Positions 1 to 9,898 of a stretch of 64,000 bases of DNA are shown piece by piece. The translations under genes and the position numbers were made by a program. The notes under the pieces were generated by a model. That model was given only the letters and a program-made list of their open reading frames with translations. It did not search any database and had not been told where the DNA came from. This DNA comes from Yeguia hominis (lineage in GTDB: Bacteria; Bacillota; Clostridia; Oscillospirales; Acutalibacteraceae): contig NZ_JACRSN010000003.1 in NCBI RefSeq assembly GCF_014384705.1, positions 125,113 through 189,112 on the forward strand, in the 5' to 3' direction. The stretch's first letter is position 1, and the number at the start of each line of letters is the position of its first letter.

Positions 1-1184
1 AATGGAAAAACCGGGTGTTTTCGCTGGTAGATACGGGCGGAATTGAGCCGGATTCCAAGGATATCATCCTTTCGCAGATGCGGTTTCAGGCGCAGCTTGC
101 CATCGATACGGCAGATGTGATTATCCTGGTGGTTGACGTGCGCACGGGACTTGTGGCAACAGACAGCGATGTTGCCGCGATGCTTCTGAAGAGCGGACGG
201 CCGATTGTGCTGTGCGTCAATAAATGCGATTCGGTCGGCGAAGTGCCGCCGGATTTTTATGAGTTTTACAATTTGGGTCTGGGGGATCCGATTGCGGTTT
301 CTTCCGTACACGGACACGGAACCGGCGACCTGCTGGATGCGGTTTTGGAGAATCTGCCTGCGGAGGAAGCGATAGAAGAAGACGAGAATTCCATTAAGGT
401 TGCGGTAATCGGAAAGCCGAATACCGGAAAATCTTCTTTGGTCAACCGGGTTTCCGGAGAAACCCGCTGTATTGTTTCGAATATTGCCGGCACCACGCGC
501 GATGCGATCGACACGGTTGTCGAGAACAGCCGGGGCCGATTTACCCTTATCGATACCGCTGGTCTGCGCCGGCGCAGCAAAGTCGAGGATGTCGTAGAAA
601 AATACAGCATTCTGCGCGCCAAAATGGCGATTGACCGTGCCGATGTCTGTGTCATTATGATCGACGCGGAGACCGGGTTTACAGAACAGGATTCTAAAGT
701 GGCGGGTCTTGCGCACGAGGCAGGAAAAGGCTGCGTCATTGCGGTGAATAAATGGGATGCCATCGAAAAGGACGGCAACACCATGAATGAATTCCGCAAG
801 AAGCTTGAAAATGATTTTTCCTTCATGCCCTATGCGCCGATGGTCTTTATTTCTGCAAAGACCGGGCAGCGAATTGACCGGCTGTTTGAGCTGATTTGTC
901 TCGCGGCCAACAATAATGCGATGCGGATCACGACCGGGACACTCAACGATGTGCTGGCGCATGCGACTGCGCGTCTGCAGCCGCCGACCGATAAGGGCAA
1001 GCGCCTGAAAATTTATTATATGACGCAGGCGTCGGTAAAGCCGCCGACATTTGTGTTCTTCGTCAATTCTGAAGAGCTGTTCCATTTTTCCTATCAGCGT
1101 TATCTGGAAAACCGGATCCGTGAGACTTTTGGGCTCGAGGGAACGCCGATACGCTTTATCATCCGGGAACGCGAAAAGAATTAA
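1..1184 (+). CDS. der: Ribosome-associated GTPase Der/EngA, 5'-truncated by the window edge
   Basis: ORF 15..1184 continues upstream of the window. Second GTPase domain motifs are present (GKPNTGKSS, DTAG, NKWD) plus a C-terminal KH-like domain. The first G1 motif lies before the window start. Confidence 0.9.
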   Translation, partial: WKNRVFSLVDTGGIEPDSKDIILSQMRFQAQLAIDTADVIILVVDVRTGLVATDSDVAAMLLKSGRPIVLCVNKCDSVGEVPPDFYEFYNLGLGDPIAVSSVHGHGTGDLLDAVLENLPAEEAIEEDENSIKVAVIGKPNTGKSSLVNRVSGETRCIVSNIAGTTRDAIDTVVENSRGRFTLIDTAGLRRRSKVEDVVEKYSILRAKMAIDRADVCVIMIDAETGFTEQDSKVAGLAHEAGKGCVIAVNKWDAIEKDGNTMNEFRKKLENDFSFMPYAPMVFISAKTGQRIDRLFELICLAANNNAMRITTGTLNDVLAHATARLQPPTDKGKRLKIYYMTQASVKPPTFVFFVNSEELFHFSYQRYLENRIRETFGLEGTPIRFIIREREKN

Positions 1185-1196
1185 GGGGGCGTCGGC

Positions 1197-1919
1197 TTGC
1201 ATTATACCTTTCAGTCTACGGTACTGCCGGGAATCATTACGGCGATTGCGGCATATCTTTTGGGAAGTATCAGTTTTTCCATTATTTTCACGCGCCTTTA
1301 CGCCGGTCATGCGGATATTCGGGACATGGGCAGCGGAAATGCGGGTGCAACCAATGTCATGCGTTCAGTTGGAAAACGTCCGGCGATCCTGACCTTTCTC
1401 TGTGATTTTTTAAAATGCGCAATTTCGATTGCGATCGGCCGGGAAGTTTTCTGCTATTTCGGCGCACTTTCCGGATTCGTGGAGACCGATTTGGCGCTGC
1501 TTTCCTGGTACGGTTCGTATGTTGCGGGAATTTCGTGCCTGATCGGCCATATCTATCCGGTGTATTACGGTTTTCGCGGCGGAAAAGGCGTTGTGACCTG
1601 TGCGGCGATGGTGGCGCTGATCGACTGGCGCGCGTTCGTGATTGAAATTCTGATTTTCATCGTGCTGTTTGCCAAAACACGGATGGTGTCGGTGGGGTCA
1701 ATCGTCGCGCTTTCGCTGCATCCGGTTGTGACGTTTTTGGTGACGTTTTTCCTGGATTATAAGACCGGCATGATCTCCAAATGGGGAGAGCGTCCGGGAA
1801 TTGCCTATGTGGTGGCTTCGACGGTATTTGCACTGATCATTGCCTCGCTGACGGTAATCAAACATTTGCCCAATATCAAACGGATTTTAAACGGGACAGA
1901 AAGCCAGCTGCTTTTCTAG
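1197..1919 (+). CDS. plsY: Glycerol-3-phosphate acyltransferase PlsY
   Basis: Multi-transmembrane protein with the GSGNxGATN motif. TTG start preceded by AAGGGGG. Confidence 0.85.
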   Translation: MHYTFQSTVLPGIITAIAAYLLGSISFSIIFTRLYAGHADIRDMGSGNAGATNVMRSVGKRPAILTFLCDFLKCAISIAIGREVFCYFGALSGFVETDLALLSWYGSYVAGISCLIGHIYPVYYGFRGGKGVVTCAAMVALIDWRAFVIEILIFIVLFAKTRMVSVGSIVALSLHPVVTFLVTFFLDYKTGMISKWGERPGIAYVVASTVFALIIASLTVIKHLPNIKRILNGTESQLLF

Positions 1920-2152
1920 CCCGCACAGCCGCGCGGGAGTTTTGTGATTCCGCGCGGTTGTTTTTTCCGGAGACAAACGGTGTGATGTGAAATCGCAGTG
2001 CGCTGTGCGGTTTGCCGCCGGGAAAAAGAGAGAACCGGATTTTTTGGAAAGTCTTGTGTTTTGAGAAGCTCCTGATGAATTCCGGATTCGCAGACGGCTG
2101 GATTCAATTTGCGCTGTGCGAATCAAATCTAATTTAGAAAGAAGGATCTGCG

Positions 2153-3460
2153 ATGAAAAAGCGGGCGTTGGCGCTCGGCGGCGGAGGCGCGCGCGGCGCC
2201 TATGAAATCGGCGTCTGGAGAGCGCTGCGAGAGATGGGGGAAGATTCTTTTTCCATCCTTACCGGTACCAGCGTCGGCGCGCTCAACGGTGCGGTGATTG
2301 CGCAGGGAGATTATGAGAACGCGGTGCGGTTTTGGGAGGCGGTTTCCACCAAAAAGGTTCTGCGGGTTGAGTTGGAAGACGATCCGGAGCTTTCGGAGCG
2401 TTCTTTTGCGGTGCTGCAAACCTTTACGCGGGAAATCCTCCGAAACCGCGGCGCAGATACAGCACCGCTGCGTGAGATGCTCGCGGCCTGCATTCAGGAG
2501 GATCGGGTTCGTGCATCCCATGCGTCGTTCGGCCTGGTTACCGTTTCGCTGCCGGACGGAAAAGAACACTGCCTGTTTTTGGATGCCATTCCGCAGGGCA
2601 AACTTCTCGATTATCTGATGGCCTCTTCGGCCTTCTTTCCGGCGATGCAGGCGCAGGAAATCGATGGAAAAACCTATGTGGACGGCGGATACTTTGACAA
2701 TGTGCCGATTGCAATGGCGGTTGACCGCGGCGCAGAAGAGGTTATTGCAGTGGATCTTCAGGCGCCGGGTCTGCACCGCGGCACAGTGAAAAAAGAGGTT
2801 CCGGTCCTCCGGATTGCCTGCGCCTGGGATCTCGGGCCGGTGCTTTTGTTTGAACACAGCTATATTACGCGAAATATGCAGCTGGGATATCTCGATACGC
2901 TTCGGGCGTTTGGCCGGTATGAGGGTGTGCTCTATGCGCTGCAAACCGGTGCGGCGCAGGACTATGCAGACGCCTGCCGGAATCGGATTTTTTCGCTGTA
3001 CCAGACGCTTCGCCCGGAGACGGCGCTTCGGATTGGCAAAAACATGGAACCGCTGAAATGGCGGGTGCTGCGGGCGCTGCGGACGCAGCCCTGGGGAGAG
3101 AAAACGCCGCTTTCCATCAGCTGGATGGAAAATGCGGGCCGTATTTTCGGGGTATCGCCGCTGCGAAGCTATACGGCGCGGGAATTTTACACAGAAGTGA
3201 AATCGCTTTACCGGAAGCAGCCGGCGATCCTCTTTTCGGAGCTGGAAATCCGCGCGCGTGCGAGCAAGCACACGGCGGGCCTTGCGCAGGAATTCTTAAA
3301 AACAACGGACCGGCGTGCCATTGCAAGCGCCTTTTATGAGCAGATTTCGCTTGCGCTGCACGACGAGGCGGAACGCAAACGCCTTTGGGGCGCGGCGTTG
3401 TTGTTCCCCGCAGAGGCCGCTGCTGCGGTATATCTTGCCTGTTCGTATGAATTCTTGTGA
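2153..3460 (+). CDS. Patatin-like phospholipase family protein
   Basis: GGGxRG oxyanion motif (LGGGGARGAY) and GTSVG serine nucleophile motif. A later DGG motif is present. Confidence 0.85.
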   Translation: MKKRALALGGGGARGAYEIGVWRALREMGEDSFSILTGTSVGALNGAVIAQGDYENAVRFWEAVSTKKVLRVELEDDPELSERSFAVLQTFTREILRNRGADTAPLREMLAACIQEDRVRASHASFGLVTVSLPDGKEHCLFLDAIPQGKLLDYLMASSAFFPAMQAQEIDGKTYVDGGYFDNVPIAMAVDRGAEEVIAVDLQAPGLHRGTVKKEVPVLRIACAWDLGPVLLFEHSYITRNMQLGYLDTLRAFGRYEGVLYALQTGAAQDYADACRNRIFSLYQTLRPETALRIGKNMEPLKWRVLRALRTQPWGEKTPLSISWMENAGRIFGVSPLRSYTAREFYTEVKSLYRKQPAILFSELEIRARASKHTAGLAQEFLKTTDRRAIASAFYEQISLALHDEAERKRLWGAALLFPAEAAAAVYLACSYEFL

Positions 3461-3815
3461 TTGATACGAAACGTAGAAGATAAGGGAAGCCCGATAAACG
3501 CCGTAAGCGTGTCAGAACCGAACGTTCCGGTTTGACAAGAGCCTTTTCGGCTGCACGGAATGCGCGGAGATGTCCGATTTTTATAAAAATGGGTTGTATG
3601 AAAGAGCAGGAATCTGCCCAGAATCGAATCGGACGTTTTGAAAGAGAAAAGTTTCGATAGCAGAATGTTAGCGCAGTTTGCCGGGCAGCACAGAAACGTC
3701 GGGCAGCCATAAGAACCTTGACGGGCACTTGAAAACGTGCTATGGTATGTTCCGGTTTCTTCCCGATGAACATTGGCGAGGCGGGAAAATTCAAAAAAAG
3801 GACAGGAGGACTCCC

Positions 3816-4577
3816 ATGAAGAAAATGGAAGGCAAAGTTGTGCTCATCACAGGCGGGGCACGCGGAATCGGTTACGGAATCGCAAAGGCGTTTGCAAAAG
3901 AAGGCGCAAACCTTGTCATTACCGGCCGGACAGCCAGCACGCTGATCGAGGCACAGGAAAACCTGGAAGCGGATTATGGCATTGAGGCGTTGTTTGTCGT
4001 TGCAGACGGCAGCGATGAAGCCGCCGTCAAGAATGTTGTCGAAAAAGCCATTGCACGGTTTGGACATCTGGACTGCCTGATTAACAACGCGCAGGTCAGC
4101 AAATCCGGTACGATGCTGGTCGATCACAGCAAAGAAGATTTTGACCTTGCGGTCTATTCCGGTTTGTACGCGACGTTCTTTTATATGCGAGAATGCTTCC
4201 CGTATCTCAAGGAGAGCAAGGGCAGCGTCATCAATTTTGCCTCCGGCGCCGGCTTGTTCGGCAGAGTGGGGCAGTCCTCCTATGCTGCAGCAAAGGAAGG
4301 CATCCGCGGAATGTCGCGTGTAGCGGCTGCGGAGTGGGGCGAGTTTGGAATTAACGTCAATGTGGTTTGCCCGCTTGCCATGACGCCGGGTCTGGAAAAA
4401 TGGAAGGAAGAATATCCGGATCTGTATGAAAAAACCATCCAGGGCATTCCGCTCAAGCATTTTGCGGATCCGGAAAAGGATATCGGCCGCGTGTGCGTGT
4501 TCCTGGCATCCGATGATGCAAGCTATGTGACAGGCGAGACCATCACGCTGCAGGGCGGCAGCGGTCTGCGTCCGTAA
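3816..4577 (+). CDS. SDR family oxidoreductase (3-oxoacyl-ACP reductase-like)
   Basis: TGGxxGIG Rossmann motif, NNAQ, and YxxxK (SYAAAK). Start chosen at MKKMEG behind AGGAGGA. The ORF-track N-terminal extension (3678) has no SD. Confidence 0.85.
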   Translation: MKKMEGKVVLITGGARGIGYGIAKAFAKEGANLVITGRTASTLIEAQENLEADYGIEALFVVADGSDEAAVKNVVEKAIARFGHLDCLINNAQVSKSGTMLVDHSKEDFDLAVYSGLYATFFYMRECFPYLKESKGSVINFASGAGLFGRVGQSSYAAAKEGIRGMSRVAAAEWGEFGINVNVVCPLAMTPGLEKWKEEYPDLYEKTIQGIPLKHFADPEKDIGRVCVFLASDDASYVTGETITLQGGSGLRP

Positions 4578-4593
4578 CGTTCCCAAAACCACA

Positions 4594-4637
4594 AAACCGG
4601 CATTCCCCACGCTTTTCGGGATGCCGGTTTTGGTTTT
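4594..4637 (+). terminator. Rho-independent terminator after the SDR gene
   Basis: AAACCGGCAT..ATGCCGGTTT stem followed by a TGGTTTT run. Confidence 0.7.
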
Positions 4638-4871
4638 AAATGGGCCGCCCCGCACGCAGGGACGTGCGTGGAAATCGGAATGGTTTGAAGAACGTGCGGC
4701 GTACGGGAAAACGCGCGATACAGAGCGCCGGGCAACGGAAAAGCGGCGTTTTTACAGGGGACAGACGAAGCTTGCCAAAATGCTGTGTTCTGCAGCAGCG
4801 CGGCTGTTATGGAGACGAGCAGGCTGCGGATAGCAGAAGTGCGCGGCCAATCCGGAATCTGCAAAATCGGA

Positions 4872-4903
4872 GAAAACAAAAAACCGAGCGAATACTCGCT
4901 CGG
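4872..4903 (-). terminator. Rho-independent terminator of rpmB (minus strand)
   Basis: CCGAGCGAGTATTCGCTCGG hairpin followed on the minus strand by TTTTTTGTTTT. Confidence 0.7.
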
Positions 4904-4961
4904 CTCTGTGCATCCAAATTGAATTGTTCTGTTTTTGAGAAAAGATCTCGCAAAGAACGCC

Positions 4962-5150
4962 TCAGACAGCGCGCGTAACCTTACCGGAACGCAGGCAGCG
5001 GGTGCAGGCGTAAATACGCTTGGGGGATCCGTTGACAATCGCCTTGACTCTCTTTACGTTGGGCTTCCACATCCGGTTGGAACGTCTGTGCGAGTGGGAA
5101 ACCTTGATGCCAAAGGTGACTCCTTTTCCGCAGATATCACATTTTGCCAT
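4962..5150 (-). CDS. rpmB: 50S ribosomal protein L28
   Basis: 62-aa MAKCDICGKG...CTRCLRSGKVTRAV matches L28. GGAGGTG sits 7 nt upstream. The ORF-track extension to 5384 is spurious. Confidence 0.9.
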   Translation of the reverse strand: MAKCDICGKGVTFGIKVSHSHRRSNRMWKPNVKRVKAIVNGSPKRIYACTRCLRSGKVTRAV

Positions 5151-5325
5151 GTCTGCACCTCCTTTAAAGACCAATTTTAATCGCAACGATAGTATTCTAC
5201 CAGATTCACCGGCTAAATGCAAGTGTTTTTTGCGTTTTTTCTCTTGAGATGCGTTAAAAATGCGGAATGCTTGTTTTTTTCGCATAAATGGGGTATAATG
5301 ACCCAATATAAAGGAGCGTGAATTT

Positions 5326-6015
5326 ATGCTGTTTGATACCTTGCGAACGATATTCAGCGGCGGAACGGTCGATCTTGCAAGCATTGTGATGCAGATTTTG
5401 GCCGTCCTTTTTGTGATCTTCTGTATTCTTCCGGTTCATGAATATGCGCACGGGAAGGTTGCGCTGAAGCTCGGCGATCCGACTGCCAAAAATATGGGAC
5501 GTCTGACGCTCAATCCGCTTGCGAGTATCGATCCGATGGGTGCGCTGTTTATTTTGCTGTTCGGCTTCGGATGGGCAAAACCCGTGATGGTCGATCCGCG
5601 TTATTTTAAAAAACCCAAGCGCGATATGGCGCTCGTGTCGCTTGCCGGGCCGGTTTCGAACCTCCTGGCGGCGCTGGCCGGCGCATTTGTTTATAATCTG
5701 ATTCTGGTAATCTTTAAATCGGTTCCGCTGTTTATCGGGATATTCTTCATGTATTATATCGTGATCAATGTGTCCCTGGCGGTCTTTAACCTGATTCCGA
5801 TTCCGCCGCTGGACGGCTCCAAAATTTTGGCGGCGTTTCTGCCGGATCGTGTGCTGTATAAGTTTTATCGCTATCAGAATGTTTTTATGATGGTGCTGAT
5901 GCTGCTCCTGTTTTCGGGAATCCTCGACTATCCGCTGAGCATTTTCGATTCGGCGGTGCAGACGGGCGTCATGTGGCTTGCCAGTCTGCCGTTTCGGCTC
6001 TTCGGTCTCTTTTGA
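5326..6015 (+). CDS. Site-2 protease (peptidase M50) family membrane metalloprotease
   Basis: HEYAHG zinc motif inside a transmembrane segment, plus a later LDG motif. TTGTTT-17-TATAAT promoter lies upstream. Confidence 0.8.
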   Translation: MLFDTLRTIFSGGTVDLASIVMQILAVLFVIFCILPVHEYAHGKVALKLGDPTAKNMGRLTLNPLASIDPMGALFILLFGFGWAKPVMVDPRYFKKPKRDMALVSLAGPVSNLLAALAGAFVYNLILVIFKSVPLFIGIFFMYYIVINVSLAVFNLIPIPPLDGSKILAAFLPDRVLYKFYRYQNVFMMVLMLLLFSGILDYPLSIFDSAVQTGVMWLASLPFRLFGLF

Positions 6016-6770
6016 TGCACATGGAGAAGCTTTCTTATAAACTCGAAACCTTTGAGGGGCCGCTTGACCTGCTCCTCTATCTGATTTCCAAACATAAGCT
6101 GAATATTTACGAGATCCGGATTGCGGGTCTTTTGGATCAGTATCTCGAGCAGATGGAGCGCATGCAGGAGGAAGAACTGGAGATTTCCAGCGAGTTCCTC
6201 GAGATGGCGGCAAGGCTTGTGCATATTAAGACCGTTTCGCTGCTTCCAAAACATGAAGAAGCGGAAGCGCTCACGCGGGAACTGACCGGACAGCTCATTG
6301 AATACCAGACGCTCAAAGAGGTTGCCGCCGGAATGGCCGAACAATTTTCGTTTGACCGGTTTATCCGGCAGCCGCTTTCGCTGCCTGCGGATCTGACATA
6401 CCGCAGAACGCATACGCGGGAAGAACTTTACGAGGCGTATCAGAACGCGGTCGGCCGCGGAAAACGCCTGAAAGCGCTCCCGGACGAATCGTCGTTCTCC
6501 GGAATTGTTCCGAATCGGCGCAGTTATGTCTCTGTAACCTCAAGAATTGTGCACGTGCTGCGGCGGCTGTGGGACGGCGCGGAGGTGCGGTATCTGAGTC
6601 TCTTTGGAAATGTCCAAAACAAATCCGGAATTGTGGCGACCTTTCTTGCGCTCCTGGAGCTGATTCACGGAAAACGGGTTTCGTTAAGCGGAGAAGGAAC
6701 AGAATTGACGGTAAAATTGGAAAACGGCGGTGGAAAACATTGGAAATCAAGAAAGCACAGGGTGCAATAG
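6015..6770 (+). CDS. scpA: Segregation and condensation protein A
   Basis: ScpA-like sequence (LETFEGPLDLLLYLISKHKLNIYEIRIA...). The start overlaps the upstream stop (TGATG). Confidence 0.85.
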   Translation: MHMEKLSYKLETFEGPLDLLLYLISKHKLNIYEIRIAGLLDQYLEQMERMQEEELEISSEFLEMAARLVHIKTVSLLPKHEEAEALTRELTGQLIEYQTLKEVAAGMAEQFSFDRFIRQPLSLPADLTYRRTHTREELYEAYQNAVGRGKRLKALPDESSFSGIVPNRRSYVSVTSRIVHVLRRLWDGAEVRYLSLFGNVQNKSGIVATFLALLELIHGKRVSLSGEGTELTVKLENGGGKHWKSRKHRVQ

Positions 6771-7309
6771 AGGCAGTTTTGTTTGCCTCCGGGGATCCGG
6801 TTCCGCTGGAAAAGCTGGCACAGGCGCTGGAACTTGACCTCGGAACGACAGAAAAGCTTTTGCGTGTGCTCGAAGAGCGATACAACACGCCGGAAAGCGG
6901 CATCCAAATTGTCCGCCTTGAGGACGGCGTGCAGATGTGCTCGAATCCCGAATTTGCGGCGGAAATCCGGCGGGTTATGGAAATCCGGCGCAATACGCCG
7001 CTGTCTCCGGCCGCAATGGAAGTCCTCGCGGTGGTTGCCTATAATCAGCCGGTCACCAAGGCCTTTATCGAACAGGTCCGCGGTGTGGACTGTTCCGGTG
7101 TTGTGAGCAGTCTGGTTGCCAAAAACTTGATCGAAGAGCGCGGGCGGCTGGAATTGCCGGGACGTCCGCTTTTATACGGGACAACGCAGGATTTCCTGCG
7201 CTGCATGCAGATTTCTTCTCTCTCGGAATTGCCGCCGGTGCCGGGTCGTGAAGAACCGGACAAGCCGGAAGCGTTGCCGGAGCCATCGGATACATCATCG
7301 GATGCATAG
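6740..7309 (+). CDS. scpB: Segregation and condensation protein B
   Basis: ScpB winged-helix sequence (IEAVLFASGDPVPLEKLAQAL...). An in-frame TTG at 6740 behind GGTGGA is proposed as the start. The ORF-track start at 6569 would overlap scpA by 200 nt. Confidence 0.75.
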   Translation: MEIKKAQGAIEAVLFASGDPVPLEKLAQALELDLGTTEKLLRVLEERYNTPESGIQIVRLEDGVQMCSNPEFAAEIRRVMEIRRNTPLSPAAMEVLAVVAYNQPVTKAFIEQVRGVDCSGVVSSLVAKNLIEERGRLELPGRPLLYGTTQDFLRCMQISSLSELPPVPGREEPDKPEALPEPSDTSSDA

Positions 7310-7336
7310 CCAAAAAGCAGGAGGGAGGACAGCCGG

Positions 7337-8032
7337 ATGACCGCACTTTTTATCATCCTTGGAATCCTCGCACTGTTTGTGCTGCTTCTGCTTTGCCCGA
7401 TTACCGCAAAACTATCTTATGAGGAAGAATTTTCGGCGGCGATTTCGTATTTGTTTTTCAGAATCCGGATTCCGGCGCCGGAAAAGCCGGAGAAGCCGAA
7501 AAAGTCCTCTAAAAAGAACCAGAAAACGAAACAGCCTTCCGAAAAGAAAAAGGAAACAGCGTCGAAGGAAACCCTGAAAAAATACCAGGAACTTCTCAAA
7601 AAACGCGGGCTTTCCGGGTTGCTCTCGTTACTCTCGGAGGTTACGGACGCCCTGAAGAAGGCCGGCAGGAAGTTTCGGCATCTGCGGGTCCGGCTGTTTT
7701 CCTTCCAGATTGCGGTGGTCGGAGGCGACGCCGCGGATACGGCCATCCTTTACGGCAAAACCTGCGCGGTAGTATACCCGGCGGTTGCGGCCATTCTGCA
7801 TGTTTGCCGGTATCGGACGTATCATGTTGAAGTGCAGCCGGATTTCACCGGAGAAAAAACACGGATTGACGCGCAGATCGTGCTGCAGATTTCTGCACTT
7901 TATGTTGTTTCTGCTGCGTTGGGCCTTGCGCTCGACGCGCTGAAGATATTCCTCAAGCTGAAACAGGAGGACGCAAAACCTGCGTCTCACAAGACGAAAG
8001 ACTCATCACAGGAAGGCGGTGTTTTGAAATGA
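7337..8032 (+). CDS. DUF2953-like sporulation-associated membrane protein (YtfI-like)
   Basis: N-terminal transmembrane segment and a lysine-rich linker. It sits immediately upstream of, and translationally coupled to, a GerW-family gene, as in ytfI-ytfJ. Confidence 0.6.
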   Translation: MTALFIILGILALFVLLLLCPITAKLSYEEEFSAAISYLFFRIRIPAPEKPEKPKKSSKKNQKTKQPSEKKKETASKETLKKYQELLKKRGLSGLLSLLSEVTDALKKAGRKFRHLRVRLFSFQIAVVGGDAADTAILYGKTCAVVYPAVAAILHVCRYRTYHVEVQPDFTGEKTRIDAQIVLQISALYVVSAALGLALDALKIFLKLKQEDAKPASHKTKDSSQEGGVLK

Positions 8033-8472
8033 GCGAACATCCCATCGAAGGCATGATGGATAATACGCTGGACAAAATCAAACAAATGGCGGATTCCAAT
8101 ACCGTGGTCGGAGAGCCGATTACCACACCGGACGGAACGGTGATTATCCCGATTTCCAAGGTCAGCTACGGGTTCGCTTCGGGCGGATCCGATCTGCCTG
8201 CTAAACAGACACAAAAGGATCTTTTTGGCGGCGGCGCCGGTGCAGGCGTCACGATTACGCCGGTTGCATTTTTGACGGTCTCTAACGGCAATACCAAACT
8301 GCTGCAGGTGGATCCATTCCACTCGTCTTTGGATCGGGTGATCGGGATGGTTCCGGATCTGCTGGATCGGGTGAAGTCCTTCCTCGATAAAAATAAAGAG
8401 GAAACGGCCGAGGACGCTGCTGTTCAGGTGGAAAAATCCGAGCTGGTTTCAGAAGAGACAGCGGCAGAATAA
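8029..8472 (+). CDS. GerW family sporulation protein (YtfJ-like)
   Basis: GerW/YtfJ-like sequence (VVGEPITTPDGTVIIPISKVSYGFASGGSD, Gly-rich core). Confidence 0.75.
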   Translation: MSEHPIEGMMDNTLDKIKQMADSNTVVGEPITTPDGTVIIPISKVSYGFASGGSDLPAKQTQKDLFGGGAGAGVTITPVAFLTVSNGNTKLLQVDPFHSSLDRVIGMVPDLLDRVKSFLDKNKEETAEDAAVQVEKSELVSEETAAE

Positions 8473-8526
8473 CGCATAAAGAAAGATGTTCCCCGCATAG
8501 GATTCCTCTGTATGGGGGGATGCATC

Positions 8527-9672
8527 ATGAAAAAACGGATGATGGGCATCGCTGTGGGCGTGTGGCTGACGGCGGCTGTGTTCTGTGCACCGCAGGTGCA
8601 GGCGGAACCTTTGCCGCTGCCATCGGTCAGTGCGTCCGCAGCGGTTTTGCTGCGTGCAGATACCGGAAGCGTCCTGTATGCACACGATGCCGAAACCGAA
8701 CGCCCGATGGCGAGCACGACAAAAATCATGACGGCGCTTCTGACGCTGGAGGCGGCAGAGCAGGACGACAGGGTCATTACAGTGACAGACGAGATGGTGC
8801 GTGTGGAGGGCTCCTCTATGGGGCTGCAAGCAGAAAATGCGCTTCCGCTTTCCAGCCTTGCCAAAGGAATGCTGCTGGCTTCCGGAAACGACGCTGCCAA
8901 TGCGGCGGCAATTGCGATCGGCGGAAACACGGAAGCTTTTGTGGAGCAGATGAATGCGCGTGCGCAGGAACTCCATATGATGCACACGCATTTTGTGACG
9001 CCGTCCGGACTGGATGCGGAGGGGCATGTTTCGACAGCGCTGGACATGGCCAAACTCGGTGCGGCAGCGCTGGAAAATGAAGCGTTTGCCGGAATTGTCC
9101 GGGAAAAGCAGCTGGCAGTCCCCTTTGTAAAGCCGGAGCAAACGATTTCTTACAGAAATCACAATAAACTGCTGCGGCTGTATCCGGATTGTATCGGGAT
9201 CAAAACCGGCTTTACCAAAAAGGCAGGGCGATGCCTGGTAAGCGCTGCAGAGCGAGACGGCGTGCGGCTTGTAGCGGTGACGCTCAACGCGCCGGATGAC
9301 TGGAACGATCATATCCGGCTCTTTGAATACGGATTCTCACTGCTTTCAGAACAGACGCTGCCCGGCGTTTCGGTGCAGGCGGATGTTGTCGGCGGGACAG
9401 CGCCGGCCGTGCCGCTCTCTTCTAAAGCGGTGCGCGTTTTTCTGACAGCAGAGGAATCGGAAGATGTGGAGACAGAGATTCTGTGTCCGCCGTTTTTATA
9501 TGCGCCGGTCTCCCGGGGGGATGCGGTCGGTACGGTTCGGTATCGGGTAGGAGACGCCGTTTTGTCGGAAACGCCGCTTTGTGCAGCGGAAAGTGTCCCT
9601 TACGCACAGGCGCCGCCAAAATCCTGGTGGGAAACCGCCTGGGACGCTATTTCCGGATTTTTCGGAACCTAG
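8527..9672 (+). CDS. D-alanyl-D-alanine carboxypeptidase (serine-type, DacB/DacF-like)
   Basis: Signal peptide plus the SxxK (ASTTK), SGN and KTG motifs of class A/PBP5 peptidases. Confidence 0.85.
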   Translation: MKKRMMGIAVGVWLTAAVFCAPQVQAEPLPLPSVSASAAVLLRADTGSVLYAHDAETERPMASTTKIMTALLTLEAAEQDDRVITVTDEMVRVEGSSMGLQAENALPLSSLAKGMLLASGNDAANAAAIAIGGNTEAFVEQMNARAQELHMMHTHFVTPSGLDAEGHVSTALDMAKLGAAALENEAFAGIVREKQLAVPFVKPEQTISYRNHNKLLRLYPDCIGIKTGFTKKAGRCLVSAAERDGVRLVAVTLNAPDDWNDHIRLFEYGFSLLSEQTLPGVSVQADVVGGTAPAVPLSSKAVRVFLTAEESEDVETEILCPPFLYAPVSRGDAVGTVRYRVGDAVLSETPLCAAESVPYAQAPPKSWWETAWDAISGFFGT

Positions 9673-9898
9673 CAGTTCTATGCTGCAGCACGCGGACGGT
9701 GTTCTGCCGGATTTGGCTTTGAAAATAGGATCGCGACGGTTTGGCGGCAGATACTCCGGAATTTTCAGATTGCGAATTTCAGATTGCAATGAAAAATAGG
9801 CGGTAAATGCCTTTTTTACTTTTTAAAAATAAAAATAAAATCCGTGCCCGCGAGGTGCGCGGAAAATGGTTTTGTAAAAAACGGTGAGGAGAAACAGA

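Noticed and set aside
3117-4655. 512-aa minus-strand ORF
   Set aside because: Antisense to the well-supported SDR gene and the patatin gene's 3' end. Low-complexity Arg/Ala/Gly-rich translation.
4640-4870. Possible plus-strand sRNA after the SDR terminator (CGCCG..CGGCG + TTTTT at about 4720..4755)
   Set aside because: The stem is only 5 bp and no promoter is evident. It is more likely incidental GC-rich structure in the rpmB 3' region. Mentioned for completeness only.
4962-5384. 140-aa ORF containing rpmB
   Set aside because: Only the last 62 codons match L28, and an SD (GGAGGTG) precedes that ATG. The upstream part is a non-coding read-through into the divergent promoter region.
6569-6739. 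N-terminal 57-codon extension of scpB in the ORF track
   Set aside because: It would overlap scpA by 200 nt in another frame. The translated sequence is Arg/Gly-rich junk. An in-frame TTG with an SD right at the scpA stop fits the usual scpA-scpB coupling.
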